A stretch of DNA of 64,000 bases from Narcine bancroftii (Eukaryota), in the NCBI RefSeq assembly GCF_036971445.1, contig NC_091469.1:234298001-234362000 (forward strand), in the 5' to 3' direction. Of this stretch, positions 1 through 12,906 are shown piece by piece. The notes under the pieces were generated by a model that was not told the DNA's origin, made no database searches, and worked only from the letters and a program-made list of their open reading frames with translations. Both the position numbers and the translations under genes were made by a program. Position 1 is the stretch's first letter. Every line of letters begins with the position of its first letter.

Positions 1-435
1 AAAATACAGTGTTTGGCATGTATCAGAGCTAACGACATTGCAGGGTTCTTCCGGTCTGTGCTTGCGCGTCTGTCTGCGCATGTGCAGTTTAACGTCTTCT
101 TCCTCAACACTATCACTCTATAGAGATAGTTGTGGTGGCGCTGTGGAGTGTCGAACGGCCCCCAGAGGGCCTTGGGATGAGCCCTCACCTCAGTTCCTAG
201 GTCCTTGGAGATGGTAGGCCTTTTTTCTTTAACTCGTCGTTGTTCCATCTATGTTCGTGACAGGCCAGCGACGGATTTTCCTCTTTTAGGTGACATAGTT
301 AGAATATTGTATAGAGGTTGTAAAGTAGTTTTTAATAGTTTTGGTTAATTATACTTAATTTGCACTCTTTTTTACTAATTCCTGGGAGAGTCAGAATTCC
401 ACATCCTGGCTCTACCATATCACGTGACATGCCCT
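1..435 (-). mobile_element. Probable 5' end (UTR and start of ORF1) of an L1-clade LINE running off the window
   Basis: Minus strand starts GGGCATGTCACGTGAT, then an A-rich UTR, then ATG TCA CCT AAA AGA GGA AAA (basic N-terminus). CpG retained. Recognised by resemblance only. Confidence 0.45.
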
Positions 436-669
436 GTCAATGACAGGTAGGAGTAGGGATGAGGTCTTGATGAGGGAATATAGGGAGTAAGGAAGGAAGC
501 AGAGAAGCAGGATCTCAAGGGTGGTAATCTCACCCTTCTTTAACCCAAAGTGAAAAGTTCTATCTGCTTACCTTGCCTGATAACACATATTTTCCAATTC
601 AGGCAACATCCTGGTGAATCCCCCCTCAAATCTCTTTCCACAGCTTCCATTATATTTACAGTAATTTAG

Positions 670-2318
670 AAAATAAGTCTTCACAGGGATAGTCAGCATG
701 GTTTTGTGAAGGGAAGGTCATGCTTCATGAGCCAAATTGAGTTTTTTGAAGAAGTAACAAAATTGTTGAAGGTAGGGCAGTAGATGTGGTCTATATGGAT
801 TTTAGTAAGGTATTTGATAAGGTCTCCCTCGAGAGACTCATTCAGAAAGTCTTGAGGCAAGGGATCCATGGAACATTGGCTGTGTGAATTCAGAATGGGG
901 TTGCCTGTGGAAAGCAGAGAGTAGTAGTGGATGGAGAGTATTCTGCCTAGAGGTCAGTGACTAATGGAGTTCTATTGGAATATGTTCTGGAACCCCTTCT
1001 CTGTGATTTTTATAAATGATCTGTAAATTTGCAGATGATACTACGGTTGGAGGTGTTGTGGATAATGTTTACAACAGGAAATGGACAGGATACAGATTTG
1101 GGTGGAAAAGTGTCAGATGAAGCTCAAATTGGGTATGTGTTAGGTGATGGATTTTGGTAGGTCATACTTAAAGGCAGAGTTAATAGAACAATACTTTACA
1201 GTGTGAAAGAACAGAGGGACCTTGGGGTTCACATCCATAGATCTTTTAAGGTTGCTGAGCAGGTTGATGGGGTAGTTAAGAAAGTCTATGGTATGCTGGG
1301 CTTAATTAGGGGATTGAATTCAGGAGTCAAAGGTCATGTTGCAGTTCTATAAATCTCTGGTGAGACCACTCTTAGAATATTGTGTTGAGTTCTAGTCACC
1401 TCATTAAAGGAAAGATGTGGAAGCCATGGAAAGAATGTTGAGGAGATTCACCAGAATGCTGCCTGCATTAGAAAATATGTCTTATGAGGCAAGGTAAGCA
1501 GTGTTAGGGATTTTCTCTTTGGGGTAAAGGAAGACAAGAGGCTGGGATAATAAGGGCATTTAAGAATCTCTTAGAATATGGATGAAGGGAAAATAAAGGG
1601 TTATGAGATAGGGAGAGTTTAGTTTTCTTTTTGTTAGGTATATATGGGTCAGTACATCGTGGGCAAGAATCTGGAGCACAACGTTGGTAAATATGAGGTC
1701 ATCCACTTTGGAAGGAAAACAGATCAGATTATAATTTAAATGCTGAAAGATTACAGCATGATGTTGTGCAGAGGGACCTCAGAATTCTTGTGCATGAATT
1801 TCAAAAGTTGGCATGCAAGTGCAACAGGTAAATAGAAGGCAAACAGTCTTCATTGCCAGAGGGAATGAACTTAAGAGCAGGGATATCTGGAGCAACTATG
1901 CAGAGTACTTGTGAGGCCACACCTGGTGTACTGCAAATAGTTTTAGTCCCCTTAACAAACAATAGAATGTAGAATATTTATAGCACATTGGCCTTTTGAT
2001 ATGCCAGTGATGGAGTTGGTGCAGAAGAGGTTTGTCATATTGATTCCAGATGGGGAGGGTTAGCCTATGAGGAGAGATTACTTCGCCTGGGAATATACAC
2101 ACTGGAATTCAGAAGAATGAGAGAGAATCTTATAGAAACATATAAAATTATGAAAGGGATACATAATATAGAGACAATTGTTTCAACTGGTAAGTGAGAC
2201 TAGAATCAAGGGACATAGCCTCAAGTTTCAGGGAAGCAGATTTAGGAGAGAAATGAGGAGGCAAGTGTATCTGTGGAATTCTCTGCCCAAAGAAGCAGTA
2301 GTGGCTCCCTCATTAAAT
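670..2318 (+). mobile_element. Two tandem decayed CR1 LINE 3' fragments (about 670-1665 and 1680-2318)
   Basis: Reverse-transcriptase motifs SQHGFVKGRSC and DVVYMDFSK.FDKV, plus LVRPxLEYC and TRGHxLK-like C-terminal motifs, with many stops. Confidence 0.85.
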
Positions 2319-3420
2319 ACATGTTTGGGACAAAGACACTTTTTTTCCTTTATTTGCCCCTGGGCTCCACAGTTTTAAATTTGTAATCAAACAATTCACA
2401 TGCGATTAAAGATTATTTGCACATCCAAGGTTATTTGTATACATTTTGGTTTGACCATGTAGAATTTTCAGCACTTTTTATACACAGTTACCCCATTTCA
2501 GGGCACCGTAATATTTGGGTCATACCAATGATATGTATATTAGTCATTTAGCTGTATATCCCTTGCTTGAAGTCTGTGTTTCACAGGTATCACCTGGTGC
2601 TGAGCATCTTCTCTGATGGTGCTCTGCCAGGCCTCTACTGCAGCCATTTTTAGCTCCTGCTTGCTTTGGGGGCTTGTCCCCTTATGTTTTATCTTCAGCA
2701 CATGGAAGGCATACTCAATTGAATTTAGATCAAGTGACTGACTTGGCCATTCTATTATTTTCCAGTTTTTAGCTTTGAAAAACCTCTTTGTTACTTTAGC
2801 AGTATGTTTGGGATCACTGCCTTGCTGTAGGATGAAGTGCCGTCCAATGAGTTTGGAGGTATTTGCTTGAACTTGAGCAGATGTTTCTATACACCTCAGA
2901 ATTAATTTTGTTACTGCCATCAGCAGTTGCATCATCAATGATGATAAGTGCATCAGTACCTGTGGCAGCCATGCATGTCCAGGTCATAATACCCCCAACA
3001 AATGTTTCACAGATAAGGTGATATATTTTGGATCTTGGGCAGTTTCTTTACACCTCCACACTTTGCTTTACCATCATTCTAATACAGGTTAATCTTGGTC
3101 TCATCTGTCCAAAAGACCTTTTTTTCCAGAATTATGCAGGCACTTGTAAATATTTATTGCCAAATTGTAATCTGGCCATTCCAATTCTGTGGTTTGCATC
3201 TTCCAGTCTAGCCTCTCTATTTCTGCTCATGAATTCTTCTGCAGACAGTAGTCATTGATACATTCATACCTGCCTCCTGAAGAGTGATTCTGATCTTTTG
3301 GACAGGAGTTTGGGGATTTTTCTTCATTATAATGAGAATTCTTAAGTCATTTGTAGTGGAGGACGTCATTGGCCTACCAGTTCCTTTGTGCTTACTGAGC
3401 TTACATTCTTTCTTCTTAAT

Positions 3421-3864
3421 CAGGGGTCTCCAAACCTTTTAGACCAATGATCCCTTCATGGAATACTTGATCCCCCATTGACTCCCAACAATCCTGACGC
3501 TGAAGGGGAGGGGGGTGGTGGCTCTGGATAGGGGGGAGGTGCTAACACACTACTGAAGGTTCAAAGAGCACTACATCTTTCTTCTATGCTCAGTCCATCC
3601 TCCTGTTCATTCTCAACTTATTCAAAGGCCGAAGCCAAATACAACGTGGCAGCCACCAAGGCCCACTTTCATGAGAGGTTGGCCACCACTGCCATAGCAC
3701 TGTTTTCTGTTGATCTGCCCCTGCTTTCTATTGTAAAAGTTCAATCGATTTCCCCCCCTCCCCCCATGCTATCGACTCCCCTTTTGAGCCACTGGCATTT
3801 CTCAACCCCTTCGATAGTCCCATCAACCCCTAGGGGTCAATAGTGACCACTTTGGAGATCCAAG
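3421..3864. mobile_element. hAT-type non-autonomous element inside the Tc1
   Basis: Ends CAGGGGTCTCCAAA and TTTGGAGATCCAAG. Degenerate 8-bp TSD TTCTTAAT / TTCTCAAC. Confidence 0.75.
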
Positions 3865-3965
3865 TTCTCAACGATGTTTCAAATAGTTGATTTTGGTAAT
3901 TCCAAGGTTTGGGTGATGCTTCTTCTATTTTATTCTTATTTTTCTTTGACTTTCAATGGCATAAC

Positions 3966-4283
3966 TGTGGTGGTATACCACCGGGTTACTGCAGGGGGGC
4001 AACCTCTGTACCTGCAGGAGTGTAAGGGGACAGGACGACACCTGGCCGGCTGTCAATCAGTCGGCCTGAATGGATCAAGCCCCACCCGGTCAGGTGTCAA
4101 TCACCCTCCGGGATATAAGCCTGCACCAGCCTCCCGAGGCCTCACTCAGAGTTGCTGCAGCCACAGCCAGCCTGGCTCTGTGGAAGCCTTTGTGGATTAA
4201 AGCCTGTTGTATCTTTGGGGATATAAAAGGAAAAAGCCTCTTTATCTTTGTGTGTGTCTGATTCTGGGTAACAGTGCACCACA
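3966..4283 (+). mobile_element. Solo LTR (318 bp) inside the Tc1
   Basis: TGTGGTG...CACCACA termini, 5-bp TSD ATAAC/ACAAC, internal GATATAAG and ATTAAA. A related copy lies at 21666-21906. Confidence 0.8.
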
Positions 4284-4859
4284 ACAACTCAGGCCTTGAT
4301 GTTGACCAATGATGTCTAAAGACTCCAAAGGTGATCAAAAGCTTAGAAGGCAGCCTGGCTCTCTTACACCTGCACCAAATGAAGCAATTAAACATGCCAG
4401 AGTACTCACAAACACCTGTGAGGTCAAATGTCCCAAACATTATGAAGCCCTGAAATGGGGATCAAGGTATCAAAAGCACTGTAATTTCTACATAATGTAT
4501 ACAGATAACCTTGAATAAAATCTGGAATACGAACTTTAATTATATGTGAATGGCTTGAATACAAATTGAAAACTCTGGAGCACTGGGGCAAATAAAAGGA
4601 AAAAGGTGCCTTTGCTCTAAACATGATGGAGGGCGTTGTATATTTACAGTTAAATAGATTTTTACAATGCTCAGCCCCGAATGCACGGTCTTCAGCCTTT
4701 ATATGGACCATTTATTTATATGGTCTTGTCTTTCACTACATAAATCATATCCATTTCTGCAGGTCGCCTCCCTCACTAAAGGTTCTTCATAAAGTCTTTA
4801 TTTTTCCGCGGACATTTTCTGCTTTCAGGTACTTTTATTTTAACAAGCGTTTTAATTAG

Positions 4860-5320
4860 CGGCCTTTTCCCGTCCATTGAAGGGGGTGGGGGGGTCGCTC
4901 TCCATCCTCCACAGCAGCCAGGTCGCAGCTGGCTCACGAGCGGAAGTGGCAGCTCTTTGTTGATTGACAGTCGGGGTGGTCCAATAACCGCAGGAGGGCG
5001 AGTCGGACTTCCGGTGTGGCCATCAATGCACTGCGGCAAGCGGGAGGCACAGAGTGACAGAGCATGGTGTACATGGACAAAAGTTATGCGGATAAAGAGA
5101 GGTAACCGACAGCGTTCTGGCCGCTCCGGACGAACGACAGGGCGGGGATCGGTTTCCCACTTGCGCCGTTTTCGGTCGTTTTTTTTTGTGTGCGCGCTCT
5201 CCGCAACGTCACTGTCGGAATCGGCGCATGCGCACTCTTCTCGGTCTCAAACGGCCCTGCAATGCGGTACGAGATGCGCAAAGGTGTTGCGGCTCAGCGT
5301 TCTACTTTCTCGGGGAGCTG
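4860..5320 (+). promoter_or_regulatory. CpG-island housekeeping promoter of SRP19
   Basis: Strongly CpG-rich non-repeat segment spanning exon 1. ETS/GABP sites CGGAAGT 4941-4947 and ACTTCCGG 5007-5014, CCAAT 4981-4985, NRF1-type GCGCATGCGCA 5224-5234. No obvious TATA box. Confidence 0.85.
5064..5101 (+). CDS. SRP19: Signal recognition particle 19 kDa protein, coding exon 1 of 5
   Basis: ATG at 5064 encodes MVYMDKSYADKE(R), resembling human MACAAARSPADQDR. Phase-2 donor AG|GTAACC at 5102, inside a CpG island. Joined CDS 5064-5101, 11185-11260, 11732-11803, 11897-12005, 12907-13040 is 429 nt (142 aa) and open throughout. Confidence 0.9.
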
Positions 5321-6084
5321 ACCCACAAAAGCTAAATTGTTAACGAAATTCTACATATGTTCCCTCCTGTCCCCCACTTATTGGGCTGCTCAAGGTTCCA
5401 GCATCCACAGTCCATGCGTTTCTCTCGTCCATCCTGCTGGCCAGCTCAGGCATTCTCCCAAATGGGGGGATTGATGGAGAGAAGCTGTGGCCAGCTGCTA
5501 GAAATCATCCTGGTCCTGTGGCTAAACCCTTTGGTCACCAAAAACCTCTTTGGAGATAGTGAAAGATTAATGGTGAGATGTAATCAAAATTAGTATTTAT
5601 TGAGAAACGTGACCGGAGAATTTAATGATCATGAATCTGATCAGCCTTGGGGACCTTATGATGTACTTTCAAAATCTTGGAACAGATGGCTGCAGAAATA
5701 ATGGAGGTGCGGGCAATCATCACCCATAATTCTATCCCATTTGGAATGGTTCCCGTAAATTGCTGTTCAAAAAATGTAATCCCACTACTTAAAAAAGAGG
5801 AAAAGGAAGCTATCAGGACTGTTAACCTGTCACCACTTGTTAGGAAAATTCTGGAATCAAAAATGAAGACACCTAAAGCTGAGTTGGGTTGTTTATAATA
5901 AAGATGCAAAGAGATTTCAATATAGACAAACCAAGTAGGTGATCAGCAACATCACAGACATGATACAAAATGGAAAAAAAAGTTATTTTGGGGGAAAAAA
6001 AATACTGAATATTGTTTAAATGGTGAGCAATTAAAATTTGAATCCTTTGAAAATCCCCTGGTATTAGGGTTAGCAATGTTAATA

Positions 6085-6441
6085 AATAATATATAACAAT
6101 TACAGCACGGAAACAGGCCATTAGGCCCTTCTAGTCTGCACCGAACCAAACACCCCTCTCTAGTCCCACCTCCCTGCACAATGCCCATAACCCTCCATCT
6201 TCTTCTCATCCATATACCTGTCCAACCTTTTCTTAAATAATACAATTGACTCCGCCGCCACTATTTCTCCTGGAAGCTCATTCCACACGGCTACCACTCT
6301 CTGAGTAAAGAAGTTCCCCCTCACGTTACCTCTAAACCTCTGCCCCTTAATTCTTAACTCATGTCCTCTTGTTTTAATCTTTCCTCCTCTTAACGGAAAT
6401 AGTCTATTCACATCCACTCTGTCTATCCCTTTCATAATCTT
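6085..6441 (-). mobile_element. Young CR1 LINE 3' end
   Basis: ORF 6160-6435 (MKGIDRVDVNRLFPL...TRGHELRIKG...FFTQRVVAVWNELP) is the CR1 ORF2 C-terminus. Close relative at 53170-53740. Confidence 0.9.
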
Positions 6442-7339
6442 TTATGTGGCATTATTATTTCTTAATTGATGAGTCGAATATGGCAACTGTAGACTTCTGG
6501 TGTTGCACAGGGTGTCTGTATTCCAGATGTATATCCTTAATCTTGCGTTGTTCTGAATGCTCTTTCACTTCCCAGAAGTCATTGGGCATGTTGCATTTAT
6601 TCAGGAAGAATTTGAGTATCTTCTTGGAGTCTTTTACTCTTCCTGTGGCAAAGCTTGGAATATAATGCCTCTTGCAGGACTCTGATGTTGGGCGTGCAAG
6701 CCATGTAGTGCACCTAAAATAGTGAAACTTGATGAATTAAGCAGTATCTGGGGAGGAAAAAGGAATTGTTGACATTTGGAGTTGAGACTCTGTCCTTGCT
6801 GAGTTCCTCCAGCAGTTTGAGTCTCTCACTGTAATTGAGGTTCTTATCTACAAGTTGCTGAAGCTAAGGTGGATGTGCAGTGGGCAATTGTGAATGCAAA
6901 TAATGTGTTTATTACAAGTGCATTTGAATGTCAAGTGACAATATCTTACTATAGTATTATAGCTTTGGATCCTAACTGGGGTATTGTGTACAATTTTGGT
7001 CTCCTTGACGAAAGAAAGGGTTGACTTTCTTTAGATGGATTCAACAAAGATTAACCAGATGGTTATATCGTATGAGGAGTCAGTGATGAGTCTAAGTCTC
7101 TTCAATGTTGTTAAAATGTCCAGAATTCTTAGAAGATACTTCATTTAGAGAGTTAATGGCCACAGTCTAAAAATAATTGGCAGGTCACTTGGGACTAAAA
7201 TGAGGAGAAATGTCTGTGCTCAGAGGGTGATGAATCTTTGGATTTCTTTACCTCATAGGTGCTCATTGGCTGCATCTAGAACAGAAACAATAGATTTCTG
7301 GATATTGGAAAAGCCGAGAGATTACTGTATATTTATTCG

Positions 7340-9750
7340 TGACCAGCATGTCCTTGCTAATCTTTTTGCTCATCTACACCAATGCATTTTACCTATATAT
7401 CACTTTCCTTTATGCCTTGCCTAAATAGCTCTTAAATGTAGTGATTGTATCTAACTTTCACCATCTCCTCTGGTCATGAATTCCAATATCAAGCACTTAT
7501 TGCAGAAAAAAATGGCTCAAACCCCCGGTGAAACCTTTTCCTCTCACCTGTGCCCTCTTGTTTTCGATACTCCTACCATGGGACGTAGATTCTGAGTCTT
7601 TATGCTCCTTATAATTTTGTATACCTCTAAAAAGGTAACCCTTTAGCCTCCTTTGTGCTAGGATAAACTGGGCTATCCTATCCAGTCCCTCTCCATAAAT
7701 TCCTCCAATTCAGGTAACATTTTGGTGAATCTCCTTTGCATTCACTTTAGCATAATCATATCCTGCCTATTGTGTGGCAGTCAGAACTCTTCACAATATG
7801 CAAGATTAAAGGTTGCTTTATTGTCATGTACTAAAGACACTGCAAAATTACATGTAATTTGCTTTCGTCTGCTGTAAGACAGACAGATTCGCCATCAGCA
7901 GAAATTGCCTGAGTACCTCTTGCAGTCAGAGAAAGAGAAGTAAAAATGGAGCTCCCCCCAGAGTCCCCAGGTGTTCCTGGATTCGCCTCCAGTGCTCCCA
8001 CAGGCATCTAGAGTCCAGTCCAAACCATCAGTAGTCTGAGCTCCAGTTTAGAACCTCTGACACGATCAGGATACCTTCAGCACTCTCTTGCCTGGTATGC
8101 TTTTGAGCCAGTCTCCTGCTGTCTGCCACCTAGTGTGAATCCTTCAATTGTGTTCGCCTGCAGCCTGTATGGGTCGTCAACATCCCACCACCTGTGTTCT
8201 TCAGCCGCAGAACCCCTCACTGGCCGCTGCCATGGTCACCATTCCGTGGGTCATTTCCTCTGCCTCTCCTTCTCAAACGCGGGGTGTTTTCTCCAGTTTC
8301 CGATGCCCTCCTCAAAGTCTGCAATCCTACGTAGCCTGCTGCTGATCGTAGGTGCCACCATTTTGGGCGCAGACTCCGTAGTTGCAGAATTTTAAATAAA
8401 GCCACTGAAAGGCTGTTTAAAGCCTGTGCAGAACTGACATCAGTTGGACTGGGCGGATGTGGGAGTGCTGTATCTCCACATGGGGCAGCGCCACCATTTT
8501 CATTTTCACTCCCAAGTGCTGTCTCACCATGACCTGTGTTATATCCCTGCTCTTGTACTCATGGCCCTGACTGATGAAAACGAGTGTGTAAAGTGTCGTC
8601 TTCACCACCCTGTCTAGCAGCATTTCCACTTTCATGGAACTATGCAACTGTACCCCCAACCCTCTCTGTTCTTCAACATTCTCCTGGGCCATTGGCCAGG
8701 TGCTACTCCTGCTCCTATTTCTCATGTTCTATTTCTTATTTACTGTGTAATTTGTGCCCTGATTTCACCTACCAAAATGCATTACACTTGTTTTGAGTTA
8801 AATTCAAACTTCTTTGTAAGTAAACTCTTGCACTGATCAAAGGATTCACTTGATTTCAGCTGTCCACAACCAACATACTTCTGGTCATCCCAGGATTCTG
8901 TAATTTTTGCCAGCCTTGCCCTTTATTTTAGCAGGAACATGCTGTTGCAGACCTTTCCCTATCTCTCTTTCAATTGTCAGACCCCCCCCCCCCCCCGACT
9001 TTACCTACCAACTGCCTCTCCCAATCAATATTTGCAAGTTCCTGGCTTATGTTATCAAAATTGACCTTGCTCCAATTCAGAACTTTAATTTGTGGGTCTG
9101 TCCTATCTTTTTTTCATAACTATTTTATTTTGAAACAAATAGAGTTGTGGACATTGGTCCCAAAGCGTTCTCCTACTGACACTTTAGTCATTTTCCTGCC
9201 ACTTCCCAACAGGAGGTCCAGTGTTGCACCTTTTCCAGTTGGGCTATCTACATTTTGTTTGAGACTACTTTCTTAGAAACATTTAATAAATCCATCCCAT
9301 TCAAGGCCTTTGGACTGTGAGTGTCCCTATCAACACGAGGGAAGTTGAAATCCTCAACTATTGTGACTAATGGGTATTTCATAATTGCAGAAATATCATA
9401 ATTCAAAGTGATGATCCATGCACTAAGCTCATCTGACTTGCCTGTGAGGTTCCTTGCATTAAAATACCTACCCTCTTCAATGCTCCTTAACCTGCCTCTG
9501 TCTGTTCTACCCACTGAATTTGCATTTTGAGTCTGACTACTGTCTGCTACAGTACTTTCCACCCATTGCCAAATAGTGGCAGTGTACTTTCTGACAAGGA
9601 TATTGAGGTCCCCATCCAAATTAAGTGCAACCAGACCTTGTACATGTCCCACTTTTTCCAGAAGCAATCCCAATGATTCAGGTACCCAAAGCCCTTCTCT
9701 CAGCACCAGCACTCAGCACGTGTTGATCTGTACTATTCTCATATTTCTAC
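7340..9750 (-). mobile_element. Decayed CR1 fragments interrupted by a ~700-bp non-autonomous retroposon (about 7803-8508)
   Basis: CR1 motifs on the minus strand (VRQHL, FNARNLTGKSDELSAWI, DFNFP). The insert reads AAAATGGTGGCGCTG...GACAATAAAG on the minus strand, and CR1 resumes on both sides. Confidence 0.65.
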
Positions 9751-11184
9751 TCTATAGCTATAGCTCTGCCACTTTTATTCCCACCCTTCTGCGCAAGAGA
9801 CGGCAGCGTGACTTGGGTGGGCGGGGGGGGGGGAGAGAGATTGAAACTGTGCTCCATGCGGTCATACAGGAGCGGCAGCTCGATGCACATCCTGTAGAAA
9901 TGGCCACCAGGGATACTGGCGTTTGATCTCCCACATATACACAAGAAGACAAATTCCTTTAACTTCCAAATCCTTAATGCCCACTCCCTTCTACAAATAA
10001 AGAAAATACCAATCCATTACCAACATTACTTGCCCTCCACCACAGACCACACTTAGACCATCACAAAACACTGTGATCTTGTTGAATAATGAAATAACCC
10101 TCATCTTACTGTTTAATATCCTTCTGAAGCGTCGTTGTTGATTGAGCTTGTTTTTGGGGCTATGCAACAGCTATTTCCATCAAGATCCTTTATATTTTAA
10201 AATACTTTAAAATGGACCTTGAGACTTTCTAACTTGCATTTCCCAATTTAATCAATGGGATGGATTTATTAAATGTTTCCAAGAGAGTAATCTCAAACAA
10301 TATTGTAGATAGCCTAACTAGAAAGGGTACAACACTGGACCTCCTCTTGGAAAACATGGATGCTTGCATTTCTGGTATTGTGCAGTAGAATCTGGTTTCC
10401 CTCAGAATGGTACTAAAGACAGGTGGACTAGTTGGGTGGGATGTTTTTGGCCATGGTCAAGTTGGGTTAAAGGGGCTGTTTCCATGCTGTATGACTCTGT
10501 CTGTGAAAATAAATGATCCTGGGAACATTATTCTTAAAGTGAAAAGTGTCAACCTTGTAACTGATCTTTGCAAGCCTTTCAATACCTTTAATAAAATTAA
10601 AATATTAAAACTGAAAATTTTTGTACTGCTGCAACAGCAGTCCAGGAGAGCAGGGATCAGAGACACATCTCTGCTCCACAGGGTCTGTCTGCCCAGCCGC
10701 AATGCCAACAGCTCCTTATAGGCTTTCAATGGCCTGTTACGGGAGCCAGTGGGGTATTTAAAAAAAAAAAATCCTGCTAAACATCACAGCTGAGCTTCAC
10801 GAGTGAATCTGACCAGGTTTTAGCAGGTCTATGTGGAGATGAATTTCTTAGCTTCTGTGGGGTAACTGGAGGTATTTCCTCTAGTTTTTGGGAGACTGGA
10901 TGGATGGAGATAGATTTTCTGGCTGCTACGGGGCTGCAGTCATCTTCTGCCATGTGGAAGCAGGCCTTTTCTCCATGCCTCCTCTCACCATAATTCATGG
11001 TGGAAATTGACAGCCAGTTTTCATATTGGTTCGCTAGTTAAATTTGGGGGTCCGTTGATGTATGTAGATGAGGAATCTAAATTCATAAAATCATAGAAAA
11101 TTCCTCATTCAATTACATTTTTGTGATAAAAGTTGAAAAGCTATTAATGATAAGGATTCAGAATTAAAATTCTTTGTTTTGAAG

Positions 11185-11260
11185 GTTTATTTGCATTTAT
11201 CCTGCATATATAAACAGCAAAAAGACTATAGCAGAAGGCAGAAGAATACCAATAGAAAAG
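11185..11260 (+). CDS. SRP19: SRP19 coding exon 2
   Basis: Acceptor ttttgaag|. Encodes (R)FICIYPAYINSKKTIAEGRRIPIEK with the hallmark IYPAY and EGRRI motifs. Donor AAG|GTAAGA. Confidence 0.97.
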
Positions 11261-11731
11261 GTAAGATCTAATTTCAGAGATGGATTGTGGAGCCCTTTAT
11301 TACTCCTTGCACTATTTCTTTCTTTGTCCATCATGGTTTTTTCCATTTCTCTTGCCTTGTGATCAGAATTTAGATTAGCAGTCTCAAACCTCGATTTGCT
11401 TTTTATCTACAATGTCTCTCATTTGAGTTTCTCTCTTGGCCAAATAATAGATTATCCTGGTTAATTTATTTTAACAAAATTGCACATTTTGGCAGGAAGA
11501 GCCATCGTCAGTGGAAATATCAGAATCTGTGTTCTGTATTATAAATCATGATTTTCTTTTGGTTTACTTTTGTCTTCCTCAGTCCCACTAGTTAAGTCTC
11601 CTCAATCATCCTGACTCTGCGTTCACTTTCAATGGATTTACTCTGTGATGTACCTAGAGAACTGCTTTTCTGAAAAGTTGCTGGATTAATGGTCATTACT
11701 GGATCAGTATTAAATATTTATGTTTTCAAAG

Positions 11732-11803
11732 GCTGTTGAAAGCCCAACCTATGGAGAAATTCGAGATGTTTGCGTAGCAGCAGGATTAAGCGTGGTTGTG
11801 GAG
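11732..11803 (+). CDS. SRP19: SRP19 coding exon 3
   Basis: Acceptor ttttcaaag|. Encodes AVESPTYGEIRDVCVAAGLSVVVE. Donor GAG|GTATAA. Confidence 0.96.
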
Positions 11804-11896
11804 GTATAATGTTATTCATTTTACTGAATACTAAACATTTTAAGTTCCTAAATTTGCTCTGTGTACTCATTGATATGTTCTTTGCACTGTTTTCAG

Positions 11897-12005
11897 AATA
11901 AACTTTATCCACGTGAATGGAACAGAGACGTACAGTTCCGAGGTAGAATACGTGTTCAGTTGAAAAATGAAGATGGGTCCTTGTGTTTAGAGCAGTTTCC
12001 CACAC
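11897..12005 (+). CDS. SRP19: SRP19 coding exon 4, ending at a GC donor
   Basis: Acceptor ttttcag|. Encodes NKLYPREWNRDVQFRGRIRVQLKNEDGSLCLEQFPT(R). The frame continues into exon 5 only with donor C|GCAAGT at 12006. Confidence 0.95.
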
Positions 12006-12129
12006 GCAAGTATTTTAATTCACTTAAGAATGTATAAATATGTGTATAATCACAGGTACTAGCTATATTTTGCTTTCTTCAATGTCTTTATCTTGTGCAC
12101 TGCTAATTCCATATGAAATACCTGACTAG

Positions 12130-12730
12130 ACTGAATTTTTTGAGGCTATTCAGAGTTGAAAAGGTTTGCATATTTGATGTAGATGGATGTTAGCAATGCT
12201 TTTGACAAGATCCCACAGGACAGCTTGGTCGAAAAAGTACAAGGCCAAGGGATCGGAGGGAGAAGGAAAATTTGGGTGGTTGCAGCAAGTAAAGGTTAAT
12301 AGTTGATCTGTCATGTAACCAAAATGATGATCTCTTTGGGATTCTAGGCCTCAGTTCTCAGTCCTTTTTGTTATATGTTAATAATTTTGATCTAAAATGG
12401 GGGGGCATGATGAAATAAGGTTGCCTGTAACATGGTTAACAGTGAAGAGAACTTTAGACTGCAAAAGGGATTTAATCCTTTGAAGTGTGAGGATAGAATG
12501 CAATGGTTCAAGCAGATATTCAATAGAGAAACAAAGATATTTGAATGTATTTTCACAGATCCTTAAAGGTAGCAGGACAGGTCAATAAGATGTTTAATAG
12601 GATACTTAAGCTGCTTTTTAAAAAATTGTCAGCAGGGAAATTGTTAATTAGCCCTAGGCTTGAGTATTGTGGTAAGTTCTGATCACCACAAGATTAGATT
12701 GTAATGGGGAGGATGCAGGACTAGACAAGA
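12130..12730 (+). mobile_element. Highly decayed CR1 fragment in SRP19 intron 4
   Basis: ATGGATGTTAGCAATGCTTTTGACAAGATCCCA (MD.S.AFDK.P) and TTGAGTATTGTG (LEYC) remnants. Confidence 0.65.
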
Positions 12731-12906
12731 TTGGATACATTTTTTAAAAAATGCATCAAATGCTGGTGGAGGATTAGGGTGCCATTTTATTTTTATTTAA
12801 TATCTAATTTTACTGACATTCTAAACTGGAAAGGCAGAGCTGCCCAATTTGATTGGCATTTAAAAAAATATTTTCTAACTTTTTTTTCCTCCCTTTCTCT
12901 CACTAG

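Larger units (their letters stand above)
2320..4638 (-). mobile_element. Decayed Tc1-family DNA transposon with ~200-bp terminal inverted repeats
   Basis: About 2320-2522 is the reverse complement of about 4431-4638, with TA at 4639-4640. Minus ORF 2540-2953 has QQGSDPKHT and WPSQSLDLNSIE (Tc1 QDNDPKH and WPSQSPDLNPIE). Interrupted by two younger insertions. Confidence 0.92.

Noticed and set aside
4957-5343. 128-aa ORF over the CpG island
   Set aside because: Non-ATG start, GC-driven lack of stops, and it runs through the SRP19 donor in another frame.
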